NCBI GenBank assembly: GCA_024231215.1
Contig: JAAEQR010000034.1
Coordinates: 12,668-76,667 of the forward strand
Reading direction: 5' to 3'
DNA: 64,000 bases
Source: PVC group bacterium
GTDB lineage: Bacteria > Omnitrophota > Gorgyraeia > B26-G9
Notes under the pieces: model-generated
What the model saw: the letters and a program-made list of their open reading frames with translations, nothing else
What the model was told of the DNA's origin: nothing
Database searches by the model: none
Shown here: piece by piece, positions 9,665-18,284 of the stretch
Layout: every line of letters begins with the position of its first letter
How positions within the stretch are numbered: position 1 is the stretch's first letter
Program-made: the position numbers and the translations under genes

Positions 9665-9679
9665 AATTTATCTCCTGTA

Positions 9680-10591
9680 TCATCCTAGCTCCTCCAGGAA
9701 CTTAAATGCTGGCTTCTCTTTTAAATCATATTCAAGAATTCCATAAGAACTATCCACTGAATCCGCTATATCATATAGGATAACCTCTTCAATAGGACTA
9801 TGCTGAATATAATTGAGTAATAATTCTATATATTCTTTTTGTTCTTCATAAAAGCAATTGCTTGTTTTCCACCCCGTTTCTGTTAACCAGATGGGTTTAT
9901 GAAGTTTCTGGAGAGTTCCCAGAATTGATTTATATGAACCACCCCGGAAAGGTATTCCAAAAACAATTCTCCTTATCACTGACAAAGCCGAGTCTCGGTA
10001 TACATGGAAGGAAACAATATCAAAATACTTTTTATACCTTTCCGCAGCTTTGATCCAGGCATACCAGTCATTGTTGTCCATAACACTAACGCAAGGCGCA
10101 ACTATCCGGGCGTCACTCTTCCTTGAAATAACCTCACTCGCTGGCTTAAGAATATTTTCGAAATAAAAGAACCTTGAACCCTGATAAAACCGGGGCAGAT
10201 TTGGTTCATTCCAAATTTCATAAAAATTGATCATCCCCTTATACCGTTCTACCACTGTCTCAACAAAGTTAACCCATTTCTCAATAAAAAATTCTGGATC
10301 GTTAAACCCTTTATCCGCCCACTCGGGATTGTAGCCCAATATAGCCAGGATTTTTATTCCTCTTCCTTCACAAAACGAAACGATATTATCTGTAGCCTCC
10401 CAGTCAAACTTCCCCTCATCTGGTTCAATCAAAAACCAATTGAAGTCACACCGGACAAGCGGTGGGTTAAGTTCTCCCAGTTTCTCAAACTGCTGTAAAT
10501 CGTAGAGCAAATGAACATTCAACCCATAATCTTTTTTGCATGGAATTGAACGAAACCTCTGTAACAGCCACATAATTAAAGATCTAATCAT
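9680..10591 (-). CDS. glycoside hydrolase, clan GH-A (GH5/GH39-like TIM barrel)
   Basis: FYEIWNEPN (acid/base Glu in NEP) and IWLTETGW (nucleophile Glu in TE-x-G) at the expected spacing. Confidence 0.6.
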   Translation of the reverse strand: MIRSLIMWLLQRFRSIPCKKDYGLNVHLLYDLQQFEKLGELNPPLVRCDFNWFLIEPDEGKFDWEATDNIVSFCEGRGIKILAILGYNPEWADKGFNDPEFFIEKWVNFVETVVERYKGMINFYEIWNEPNLPRFYQGSRFFYFENILKPASEVISRKSDARIVAPCVSVMDNNDWYAWIKAAERYKKYFDIVSFHVYRDSALSVIRRIVFGIPFRGGSYKSILGTLQKLHKPIWLTETGWKTSNCFYEEQKEYIELLLNYIQHSPIEEVILYDIADSVDSSYGILEYDLKEKPAFKFLEELG

Positions 10592-10658
10592 AGTCTTTCA
10601 CCTCTTTTTGTTGTTCTTTTTAATTCGAGATCCCCCCAGAACCCCGAATAGTTAACTC

Positions 10659-10946
10659 TTACACCTTCCAGTTTTCAACTTTCTCTACAATACGTCCAGC
10701 TGCCTCACCTCTTTCTTTCTCTGTATGAGCTTCCTGCCACTGTTCATAATCTTCACAGGGCTCTACCAGTCCTAAAGGACACTCCTTACAACCGCTGCAA
10801 ACCTCGCACAACGGGCAATATGCTTCCGCCTTGGAAATCTTCTCGTAGAGTTCGTCTGGAAGGTCTTCTTTAAACTCAATCTCCGGATGATCTCTCAAGT
10901 GTTTCCACATTTCTAAACAAAGTCTTTTGGCTCTCTTTTTTGTCAT
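10659..10946 (-). CDS. Cys-rich small protein
   Basis: CPLCEVCSGCKECPLGLVEPCED cluster. Confidence 0.4.
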   Translation of the reverse strand: MTKKRAKRLCLEMWKHLRDHPEIEFKEDLPDELYEKISKAEAYCPLCEVCSGCKECPLGLVEPCEDYEQWQEAHTEKERGEAAGRIVEKVENWKV

Positions 10947-10947
10947 G

Positions 10948-11502
10948 TTACCACCTCGGAATCATTTTATCCATATTTTTACTAACATATAAATCTAAAG
11001 GGTTTATTTCATAAGGCTCTTGACCCTCAACAGCCCTGTGAGAACAGCCTGCCTGGTATGCCATGGCAACAAATTCACTGCACACCATTGCGTCCCTGTC
11101 CCAGTCTCCAACTTTCCGTAAACCGAGTATTGCTTTTACAGCAAGGGCAACCAATTGTAGAAAAGCATATCTCTCCCCATGCTTCCGGAAAGAATAGGCC
11201 TGTAATTTCTCAAGCCTTCTCTTTGTTAAAGCAACACCTTTCGGTCTAGCCACCCTGATTTGATACTTCAGGCTATTATACTTAGTGGCTGTCTTAATTC
11301 TTATTCCGTTCATCCCAGCTTCCGCCATCATGGGAATACCTTTTATTTCTCCCAAGTACAGCGCAACATGAGCTATCGGAACCGCATCTTTTCTTGATAC
11401 TCTCCATTTAGAAAACCAGAAGATGTGTTTGTGTAACCAGCTATCACAATATGTGAATATTGTTTCTCCCCCGGCTAAATCGTAATCGCTTAATACTGCC
11501 AT
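10948..11502 (-). CDS. hypothetical protein, possible permuted papain-fold (NlpC/P60-like) hydrolase
   Basis: Track ORF 10948..11625; internal start MAVLSDY has a GGAGGAAGC SD; conserved-looking His (HVALYLGE) then Cys (CSEFVAMAY). Weak. Confidence 0.3.
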   Translation of the reverse strand: MAVLSDYDLAGGETIFTYCDSWLHKHIFWFSKWRVSRKDAVPIAHVALYLGEIKGIPMMAEAGMNGIRIKTATKYNSLKYQIRVARPKGVALTKRRLEKLQAYSFRKHGERYAFLQLVALAVKAILGLRKVGDWDRDAMVCSEFVAMAYQAGCSHRAVEGQEPYEINPLDLYVSKNMDKMIPRW

Positions 11503-11515
11503 GCTTCCTCCTTTT

Positions 11516-12976
11516 TCATGTTCTTCCCATATTTGTAATTCTTCCATCCAGATACGGCTGTCCGCATTCCAAACACTGTAAAACCAAAGCTTCTTTGTTC
11601 GGCAATATACCTCTGTGCCGATCAACCAGAGTTCTTACTCTTATAGAATTATTTAATTTATCTTCCTCTGAACTGTTCAATGCCAGCGCCATCGTAACAT
11701 GGTTTAATTTCCTGGCATCTTCTGAAAGATCACTCTCTCTAATATCCCTGTCCAGTGTCTGCTTGTTGGAATGCGAAGCAGTTACCATTAATAAGTTCCT
11801 CTCCTGACCAATCGCCCTGTGTCCCATCCAGACAGAATCTATCTGGTGCCTTCTTTCCTCTTTAGTGTCCGGTTTACATATATCAGCATAATCTGTAACA
11901 ATCACGTCCGGAACAAAGTCTTCATAATATTCAAGATTGTCTAATATATTTCTCATATCGTCTGGGGTCGTGGATTTACTCGGGGCGCACTCTATCCTCA
12001 GCCTTGAGTTCTTAACGAAACCAGACATGGAATTGATCTTGGTATACACTTGATTATAATTCATAACAGGCTTGATAACTTTTCTTTTAAAGACATCGCC
12101 ATTCTGATCAAAGAAGGGGATTTCCACTTCTCTTTCACTCTCTTCTTCGTGAAAAGGGACAACTCCCCCGGTCAACCTCTGGTAAAATCTTAAATTCAAA
12201 TCATGTTTCGGCATCTCCCAAGAGAAGAATAAAACATTACATTTATTCAAAGTCGCCCACAAAGCCATTTCCATCAGCATGAATGTTTTACCCCGTTTTG
12301 CCGGGCCAATAACAGCAAGAAAGTCTCCCCGTCTTAAAGGCCTGATAAGGTCTCCTAACGCCCCAGGCAAGCGGAGAAGGGCGTTAGTTTGACCAAGAGC
12401 GTTCAGGGAGGTCATTATCTCTTCTGTGCTACTGTCCCAGAAATTAAACCCGTCTGACACAGTTTCTTCGACTCTCTTGAATTTGGCTATCTCTGCCTCT
12501 ACTGCCGTGTAGTCTCCGAGTAGCCGTAAACCTTTTATCCTTTCCTCAAGAATTTCAATGGCAGATCCCTTAAAATAATTCTTTGCCTTATCAACATTAT
12601 AATCAACATTATAGTGCTGATCCTCTTCCTCAAACCTGTCACTTATCCTTGATAAAAAAGTGTCTATTAATTCTATCTTTGATTCATTCGCTATAGCAGT
12701 CTTCTTTGCCTCGAACAGACTTTTGATGTCTTTAAGGGGGGCTTTTTTATACTTATCGTAATATTCTATACACCATTTAGCGACGGTCTTTGTATAAAAA
12801 ATATTGAAATATTCCGGTTGGTACATAGGTCTAATTCTTTTGATAAAATCTGTCGAAATAATCAATCCCAAAACAACATCCTGCTCTTCATTTTTATTTA
12901 TTTCTTGACTTTCAAAATTGATAGGCATGATTGTTTTCTTTATTTCTCCTATGTAAATTAACTCATACTGCACCAA
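11516..12976 (-). CDS. replicative DNA helicase, DnaB-like
   Basis: DnaB N-domain-like EQDVVLGLIISTDFIKRI; RecA-fold Walker A LAVIGPAKRGKTFMLMEMAL in the C-terminal half. Confidence 0.7.
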   Translation of the reverse strand: MVQYELIYIGEIKKTIMPINFESQEINKNEEQDVVLGLIISTDFIKRIRPMYQPEYFNIFYTKTVAKWCIEYYDKYKKAPLKDIKSLFEAKKTAIANESKIELIDTFLSRISDRFEEEDQHYNVDYNVDKAKNYFKGSAIEILEERIKGLRLLGDYTAVEAEIAKFKRVEETVSDGFNFWDSSTEEIMTSLNALGQTNALLRLPGALGDLIRPLRRGDFLAVIGPAKRGKTFMLMEMALWATLNKCNVLFFSWEMPKHDLNLRFYQRLTGGVVPFHEEESEREVEIPFFDQNGDVFKRKVIKPVMNYNQVYTKINSMSGFVKNSRLRIECAPSKSTTPDDMRNILDNLEYYEDFVPDVIVTDYADICKPDTKEERRHQIDSVWMGHRAIGQERNLLMVTASHSNKQTLDRDIRESDLSEDARKLNHVTMALALNSSEEDKLNNSIRVRTLVDRHRGILPNKEALVLQCLECGQPYLDGRITNMGRT

Positions 12977-12989
12977 TACTGTTAGGTGT

Positions 12990-13169
12990 TCATTTTTTCA
13001 CCTTTCCAACTTTCCCTATAAAAAATGACCAGATAAGAAAACACAAAAAGACACCCTTTGTATCATCTGCTGAAACCATGGCAAGTGACGGAGTAAAATA
13101 AAAAGCTTTCCAGTCAAACTTACTCTGCTTAAAACAATTGATTAAATATATTTCTATTTTTTTATTCAT
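12990..13169 (-). CDS. small hydrophobic protein (59 aa)
   Basis: Manually found: ATG overlaps the TGA of 13166..13813 (ATGA coupling), GGGGAGAA SD; not in track (<60 aa). Confidence 0.3.
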   Translation of the reverse strand: MNKKIEIYLINCFKQSKFDWKAFYFTPSLAMVSADDTKGVFLCFLIWSFFIGKVGKVKK

Positions 13170-13813
13170 TTTAATTCTCCCCTGTTATGTTCAAAAACTG
13201 CTATAGAAAAACCTCTCGGAGTAGCACTTCTGATATTTTTCGTCTTATCGCTTTTGCCCCCAAGTTTTTTATGCTGTCTTGAATAACCGGCTTCAGGAAT
13301 CACTGGGTTTTTCTCTGGCATAACAAACCCATTACCAGTCCACAAACAAGTTCTCTTCGGGTAAGCGTCCCTTGGTGCTATGTGTTCAGGCCAGTCAGGG
13401 TGCTGGTCGTCTTCCGGTAAGTACCCTCCATATTCAAAAGGGTCAAAAATATACTCTGGTTTCCTCCAATATGTTGAGAACGTACTTACCGGATTTTCAA
13501 CCATGTACGGACTTTTGTAACGATCAATTATTCTTAAACAACTTGATAAAAGAGTGAATGCTTCGACTGCTGCCTGTGGGCCTTTTGATTTAAAATGCGT
13601 TGCCCCGGAAACCGCCGTATGAGTGCATGGTGGGAATGCGAAAACGATACTTGGTGCAAAATCAGGGAAAAACTTGTTAACATCTGCCTGGATATGGTGA
13701 ATGTTGTCTTCATCCTCAGCCTTTTGTATATCAACACAATAACATTCATGTCCGGCGTCTGCCCATGGTTTAACCATGATCCCTGTATGATCACACAAGC
13801 TTAAAACCTTCAT
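13166..13813 (-). CDS. compact C5-cytosine methyltransferase-like protein (divergent motif I)
   Basis: 215 aa; motif IV FAFPPCTHTAVSG, motif VI MVENP, C-terminal motif X-like ATPRGFSIAVFEHN; motif I lacks G-x-G (LSLCDHTG). Confidence 0.5.
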   Translation of the reverse strand: MKVLSLCDHTGIMVKPWADAGHECYCVDIQKAEDEDNIHHIQADVNKFFPDFAPSIVFAFPPCTHTAVSGATHFKSKGPQAAVEAFTLLSSCLRIIDRYKSPYMVENPVSTFSTYWRKPEYIFDPFEYGGYLPEDDQHPDWPEHIAPRDAYPKRTCLWTGNGFVMPEKNPVIPEAGYSRQHKKLGGKSDKTKNIRSATPRGFSIAVFEHNRGELK

Positions 13814-13840
13814 GTCTCAATCCCCTTTACCTCTTTAAAA

Positions 13841-15325
13841 CTAAACAGCAGCCATTTGGAACTTGTTTACTCCTCGATTCTTCTTTTTTTCTGCCCAATT
13901 CTGTCGCTGTTTTTCATGCTCTCTTTTTTCTCTTTCTCGGATCTCTGCTCCCACTTTATGTTCTTCATAAGCGGTTTTTGCATCCAGAATCTTTTCTTCA
14001 GATGGGTCTAAATCATAAGAATTACCGTTCGTCTGCTTCATCCAAATCACAAATTCTTTCCACAGCCAAAGTCCGTACAACTTATATATACCACCCTTTC
14101 GGAAGTCACTGAATTTTTTTTGTAAAAAATTTATATGCTGGGTATAAAATCCGTCACCCTTTATCAAAGGAAGGTTTATATATTTTCCAATTTTCTGCTC
14201 ATATAAGGCTTTTTGAGACACAATATAGTTAACACCCTTGACAAGCGCACAAAGCTCCGTATCGTTGATCTGAGAGCTTCTGAGAGCCTGTCTGTACAAC
14301 TTTAATACCCTTTCATCCTTAATTTTCTCCATTTTCAGGTCAGGGTCTTTATATAAATGTATCAGGGCGCAACTGCAACCATTTTTTTCATTTAATAACC
14401 ACGCTTTACAACTGCGGTATTGTTTACTTTTATTATTGTAATGTCCCTGTGCATCGGGGGTCTGGAGAAAGTCGGCTCTGTCTATTGCTTTGTAAAGTTC
14501 TTCCTCTCCCCACTCCCTGTGACCCATTTCAGCCGGGACTCCAAAATCTTCGAGGTGTTTAAAGTTTAAAGTTCTATGTCTTTTTATAAAAATACCTTTC
14601 TCAAGTTCTCCGAACATTTTTGCGGAATCCTGGTAGACTTTGGTATTTGTTTTATGGGTGATTAGATTTGATTTGGAATTCCAGTATTCGACATATTTGT
14701 TAGTCTCGTCTAACTTTTCGGCATTATTGATCTTTTTATCGGTAAAAAAAAGAGTGGCACAATTAAAAGACTTATCCGAAGACTCCGTAGGGTTTTCTTT
14801 TTCAGAAAACCCTATATCTTTTACGTTAGTAAAAGATACTTCCTTATTCTTATTATCTAATACTTTATTACTATAGGGCGAGTCGTCCGCATTCCGACCC
14901 GACCGAGAACCGGAAAACCCGTCATCCGGTGGGGCCTGATTATAGTCAATAAGGGTGTAATTTACCTCTTTTTCGTCTATATTCCACCGATCAAGGTGTT
15001 CTTTTATCACCTTTTTGTCCAAAACAGGTGTTTCTAACACATAATACCCATTAGATAAGAACCTTCCATTTGACCCTTTTATAGTATAATTGTACAAATA
15101 CCCGAATTCTTTCAGTTCTTTTATAGCCGATGAAACGCTGTCTTTGCCATCTTTTGATTTGTTTATGAGGTCTGTTCTCCATGCTTTCCAGTCGGGGGGT
15201 CTGCTGATCAGGTAGGTGTGAATGCCTTTTGCTTTCCAGGACAGGTTGCTGTCCTCGATGCAATCCAGCTTAATTGTTTTGTATGATTCACTTTTATTTA
15301 CTCGTAGAATTTTTAGGTCTGCCAT
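13841..15325 (-). CDS. hypothetical protein, possibly replication-associated (N-terminal winged-helix-like region)
   Basis: 494 aa, between helicase and primase; no catalytic motif recognised. Confidence 0.35.
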   Translation of the reverse strand: MADLKILRVNKSESYKTIKLDCIEDSNLSWKAKGIHTYLISRPPDWKAWRTDLINKSKDGKDSVSSAIKELKEFGYLYNYTIKGSNGRFLSNGYYVLETPVLDKKVIKEHLDRWNIDEKEVNYTLIDYNQAPPDDGFSGSRSGRNADDSPYSNKVLDNKNKEVSFTNVKDIGFSEKENPTESSDKSFNCATLFFTDKKINNAEKLDETNKYVEYWNSKSNLITHKTNTKVYQDSAKMFGELEKGIFIKRHRTLNFKHLEDFGVPAEMGHREWGEEELYKAIDRADFLQTPDAQGHYNNKSKQYRSCKAWLLNEKNGCSCALIHLYKDPDLKMEKIKDERVLKLYRQALRSSQINDTELCALVKGVNYIVSQKALYEQKIGKYINLPLIKGDGFYTQHINFLQKKFSDFRKGGIYKLYGLWLWKEFVIWMKQTNGNSYDLDPSEEKILDAKTAYEEHKVGAEIREREKREHEKQRQNWAEKKKNRGVNKFQMAAV

Positions 15326-15478
15326 ATTTTTGCTCCTTGATATTAAATTGCTCTATAAACTAAAAAACCCCGAAACGCAGTTATTTTTTGTCAAATTGTA
15401 AGAAGGTGGGAAAATTGAGAGAACAAAAAATTCTGCATTACAGGGTGTATGTGTGAATTATAATTCCGATTTAAAAAA

Positions 15479-15536
15479 TTCTCGGGGGCTATTATTAAAA
15501 AGGGTTTTTTGGTTTACGGAAAGTCTCCCCCGAGAA
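15479..15536 (-). terminator. GC-rich inverted repeat with minus-strand U-tract (terminator or attenuator-like)
   Basis: TTCTCGGGGG ... CCCCCGAGAA, 10-bp arms; TTTTTTAA follows on the minus strand; lies in the 5' leader of 13841..15325, downstream of a candidate promoter. Confidence 0.35.
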
Positions 15537-15564
15537 TTAGTAAACATAATTTACTTACGATAGG

Positions 15565-15593
15565 ACTTTAAAACGCTTTTTGTACCTTGTCAA
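15565..15593 (-). promoter_or_regulatory. candidate sigma70-like promoter (TTGACA-17-TAAAGT) on minus strand
   Basis: Minus-strand reads cagTTGACAaggtacaaaaagcgttTTAAAGtcc. Confidence 0.3.
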
Positions 15594-15856
15594 CTGTTTT
15601 TTTAAGTAAAGATTTTTCAATCTCTTCCGGTGAATATTCTTTTCTCTCTTTAGCCTCTGCTTTTTTTCCTTTATTCCACTGGTTTATTGGTCTGAATTCA
15701 GAAATAGCCACATACGCGAGAGTAATTCTCGACAGGAATGGCTATTTTCTTTTGACCTCCTTCTCTTTCGACTTTGTTTGTTTCTATCATGGTTTCATTT
15801 GATCCTCCTTATGGTCTTTTTGTTCCATTATTTTCAAACTCCTTTTTTTTTAGTTT

Positions 15857-16081
15857 TTAAATACACATTTCGCAACCTTCTAGACCACAATCAGTACATT
15901 GGAGACAGCACCAATATTGTTCCTCGTCATTCTTGGAATCCATCTCCATTATATTTACAGAACCACATTTCCCACATATAGAAGCACCACACGCACATTC
16001 TATCCAACAACAATTTGATGTTTGTTTATTATGTAATCTTCCACAGTTGTTGCATTTCATCTTTTCGTTTTTTAATTCCAT
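15857..16081 (-). CDS. Cys-rich zinc-finger protein
   Basis: CNNCGRLHNKQTSNCCWIECACGASICGKCG...CCLQCTDCGLEGCEMC. Confidence 0.45.
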   Translation of the reverse strand: MELKNEKMKCNNCGRLHNKQTSNCCWIECACGASICGKCGSVNIMEMDSKNDEEQYWCCLQCTDCGLEGCEMCI

Positions 16082-16091
16082 TTGATCCTCC

Positions 16092-16316
16092 TTATGGTCT
16101 TTCTATCAACAATCTTCTTTTAGCTGGCTCAGGCCATTTTCTTCTTACCATAGATTTTAAATTATTGCTGTAGTTCTGTCTCTGGTATAGCCTGTTATAT
16201 TCCCTCCTCTCTTCTTCTTTCTCTTCTGCCTTTTTTGATAAATATTCAACTGTCCACATCTCATTCATTTGCTTAATATACTTCTCAATATCATCAGTTC
16301 TTTCTTCTAAAGTCAT
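16092..16316 (-). CDS. hypothetical basic protein
   Basis: 74 aa, coupled upstream of the primase gene (start overlaps by 4 nt). Confidence 0.35.
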   Translation of the reverse strand: MTLEERTDDIEKYIKQMNEMWTVEYLSKKAEEKEEERREYNRLYQRQNYSNNLKSMVRRKWPEPAKRRLLIERP

Positions 16317-17224
16317 ACACTACCCCTGAATATTTTTTTAACGAATCTGTCTGCCTCTAATTGGGAAAAATCTCCCGGGTCTTCAACACCATCGAGGGAA
16401 ATAATATTAACCCCGACTCCTAAACCGGATAATTCAGAGCCTAATCTAAACGCTTGTGCTTTAGCTTGTTTTTCTGTGTCAAAAAGGATAGTAACCTTTT
16501 TAAACCTGTTCGCTAATAACAGCACTTGTCTGTCAGTGTAACTAATCCCAAAGGTACAAACGGAGTGATCGCCCAGCCTCCACTTATCGAAGATCCCTTC
16601 AACGACAATACAATGATCTCCGGGGACGCTGTCTATTCCATAAACGATATTCTTGTAGTGTACAACTTCATCTTTCTTGGAACAGCTTTTGTATCTCAAG
16701 TCAGTCTGGTCAGTATACCCTCTTCCCTGGAAAGATACAAGCTTATTTTTAAAATAGATAGGAATTATTATCCGGAACTTATAATCCCCCAAATGTCCAG
16801 TGGAATATACTTTATATTTCTCTATAAGCCTGTTAGGATCAAAGCCTCTGCCGTAAAGATACTGGAATGCTTTCTTGTTCAAGGGTTCTTCCTGACCTTT
16901 TGGCAAAATGAGAGAAGTTCTCGCAGCCTCCCTTGGCTTGTGCTGTTTTAAAAGGTGATCACGGACATTCAGTTCCAGTTTATAATTCAAATGTACATCG
17001 AGCCAGTTCTCCCCGACAAGGTGTAGCATTGCTTCGTTCAGGGGATGATAATGGCACTTAAAACAAAAAAACCCAAACTTTTCGGGGTGTATTGCTCCGA
17101 TTTTTTTACCGGAGCTGGAGCCACAATTCGGGAACGGACATTGCACCTCATAATACCCCCGAGAGTTTGGGCCTGAATATTGAACGTCGTAATCATTGAA
17201 AATTCTGGGAAAATCATATATCAT
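16313..17224 (-). CDS. dnaG: DNA primase, DnaG-type (CHC2 zinc finger + TOPRIM)
   Basis: Zinc finger CPFPNCGSSSGK...HPEKFGFFCFKCHYH; TOPRIM CIVVEGIFDKW, DTEKQ and SLDGVEDPGD. Confidence 0.8.
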   Translation of the reverse strand: MIYDFPRIFNDYDVQYSGPNSRGYYEVQCPFPNCGSSSGKKIGAIHPEKFGFFCFKCHYHPLNEAMLHLVGENWLDVHLNYKLELNVRDHLLKQHKPREAARTSLILPKGQEEPLNKKAFQYLYGRGFDPNRLIEKYKVYSTGHLGDYKFRIIIPIYFKNKLVSFQGRGYTDQTDLRYKSCSKKDEVVHYKNIVYGIDSVPGDHCIVVEGIFDKWRLGDHSVCTFGISYTDRQVLLLANRFKKVTILFDTEKQAKAQAFRLGSELSGLGVGVNIISLDGVEDPGDFSQLEADRFVKKIFRGSV

Positions 17225-17399
17225 TGATGATCCTCTCTATTGAATTTTTTCTTGTCATGTAGGCATAGTCATTGACTACATGATCAAACCATTCATCAGT
17301 ATATTTCCTTCTCTTATACCAGACATATACCTTTTCCAATATGCCTAAGATTGAAAGCATACCTAAGACAAGCACTGACGTAAACGCTAAACTAATCAT
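17214..17399 (-). CDS. small membrane protein
   Basis: 61 aa with one hydrophobic helix. Confidence 0.35.
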   Translation of the reverse strand: MISLAFTSVLVLGMLSILGILEKVYVWYKRRKYTDEWFDHVVNDYAYMTRKNSIERIINDI

Positions 17400-17409
17400 C
17401 TTTAACCTC

Positions 17410-17709
17410 CTATTTTAAATTTTTTATTTTATTTATATAATAACAAACTCTATCGAAGTCAAGCCAACCACAAACATTATCCCCGGAATCTTCTTCATCA
17501 AGAAAAGAACCATCAAGGAGCCCAGCTTTGTTTATTGGTGCTATTTCATAAAGCCCTAATTCCCCACCATAAGTGGTATACCCGCGTACAATGGATAATT
17601 GCATCCCATTCTTAAAGGTCAGAAGTAGTCTTGAAATAAACATATCAGAAGTGTCTTCCACTTTTTCTATTCCTAAAAGCTTGTTTTTAAATGTTGTTAA
17701 ATTATTCAT
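17410..17709 (-). CDS. hypothetical protein
   Basis: 99-aa ORF, co-oriented. Confidence 0.4.
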   Translation of the reverse strand: MNNLTTFKNKLLGIEKVEDTSDMFISRLLLTFKNGMQLSIVRGYTTYGGELGLYEIAPINKAGLLDGSFLDEEDSGDNVCGWLDFDRVCYYINKIKNLK

Positions 17710-17931
17710 TTAGTCCTCCTTATTTTTTAATTCTTCAATTTCTTTTTCTAAAAAACTATACCCGACCAAAGGAACACACAGCATTTTATCGCCGTTTTCT
17801 ATTATATACTTTAACATATAACCCACCAACATTTCATCTGTTGGTGTACACCAATTCTGTGCTCCATCGAGCAAAGTACAATCATCAATAGCATAGTTGT
17901 TTTCCAGCATCCATTTCCAAAATTCATTCAT
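17710..17931 (-). CDS. hypothetical protein
   Basis: 73-aa ORF, contiguous with the downstream gene. Confidence 0.4.
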   Translation of the reverse strand: MNEFWKWMLENNYAIDDCTLLDGAQNWCTPTDEMLVGYMLKYIIENGDKMLCVPLVGYSFLEKEIEELKNKED

Positions 17932-18066
17932 TCTATCAAATCCCTTATCACACTACATAGTAAATAAATAAATATTATTACCGATCCAACAATTGCCAAT
18001 ATAACTAAACCAAGAAATATAACAACAACAAACGACTCTACCGCGTTAATAGATAAATCCATATTA

Positions 18067-18282
18067 TCACCTCTTAACCTCCTTGGTATTTTTTAATAAA
18101 TAATCTTCAAATGTTTCTCTCTCGCCATACCATTTTCGATATCTTTTACCAAATTTAATCCAATAATGAAAGTCAAAATCACTTCCAATTATTACCGCTT
18201 TTAAAAATGTTGCCCATACGGCTATGGATATTAAATATACTATTACGGTTGAAGCTATGACTATTAGTTTTGTTTGTTCCAT
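18067..18282 (-). CDS. small membrane protein
   Basis: 71 aa, two hydrophobic segments; AAGGAGG SD. Confidence 0.4.
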   Translation of the reverse strand: MEQTKLIVIASTVIVYLISIAVWATFLKAVIIGSDFDFHYWIKFGKRYRKWYGERETFEDYLLKNTKEVKR

Positions 18283-18284
18283 AA

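Noticed and set aside
15587-15802. Plus-strand ORF 15587..15802 in the long leader between minus-strand genes
   Set aside because: Its orientation is opposite to the whole arm, it has no SD, and its translation is hydrophobic and low-complexity.
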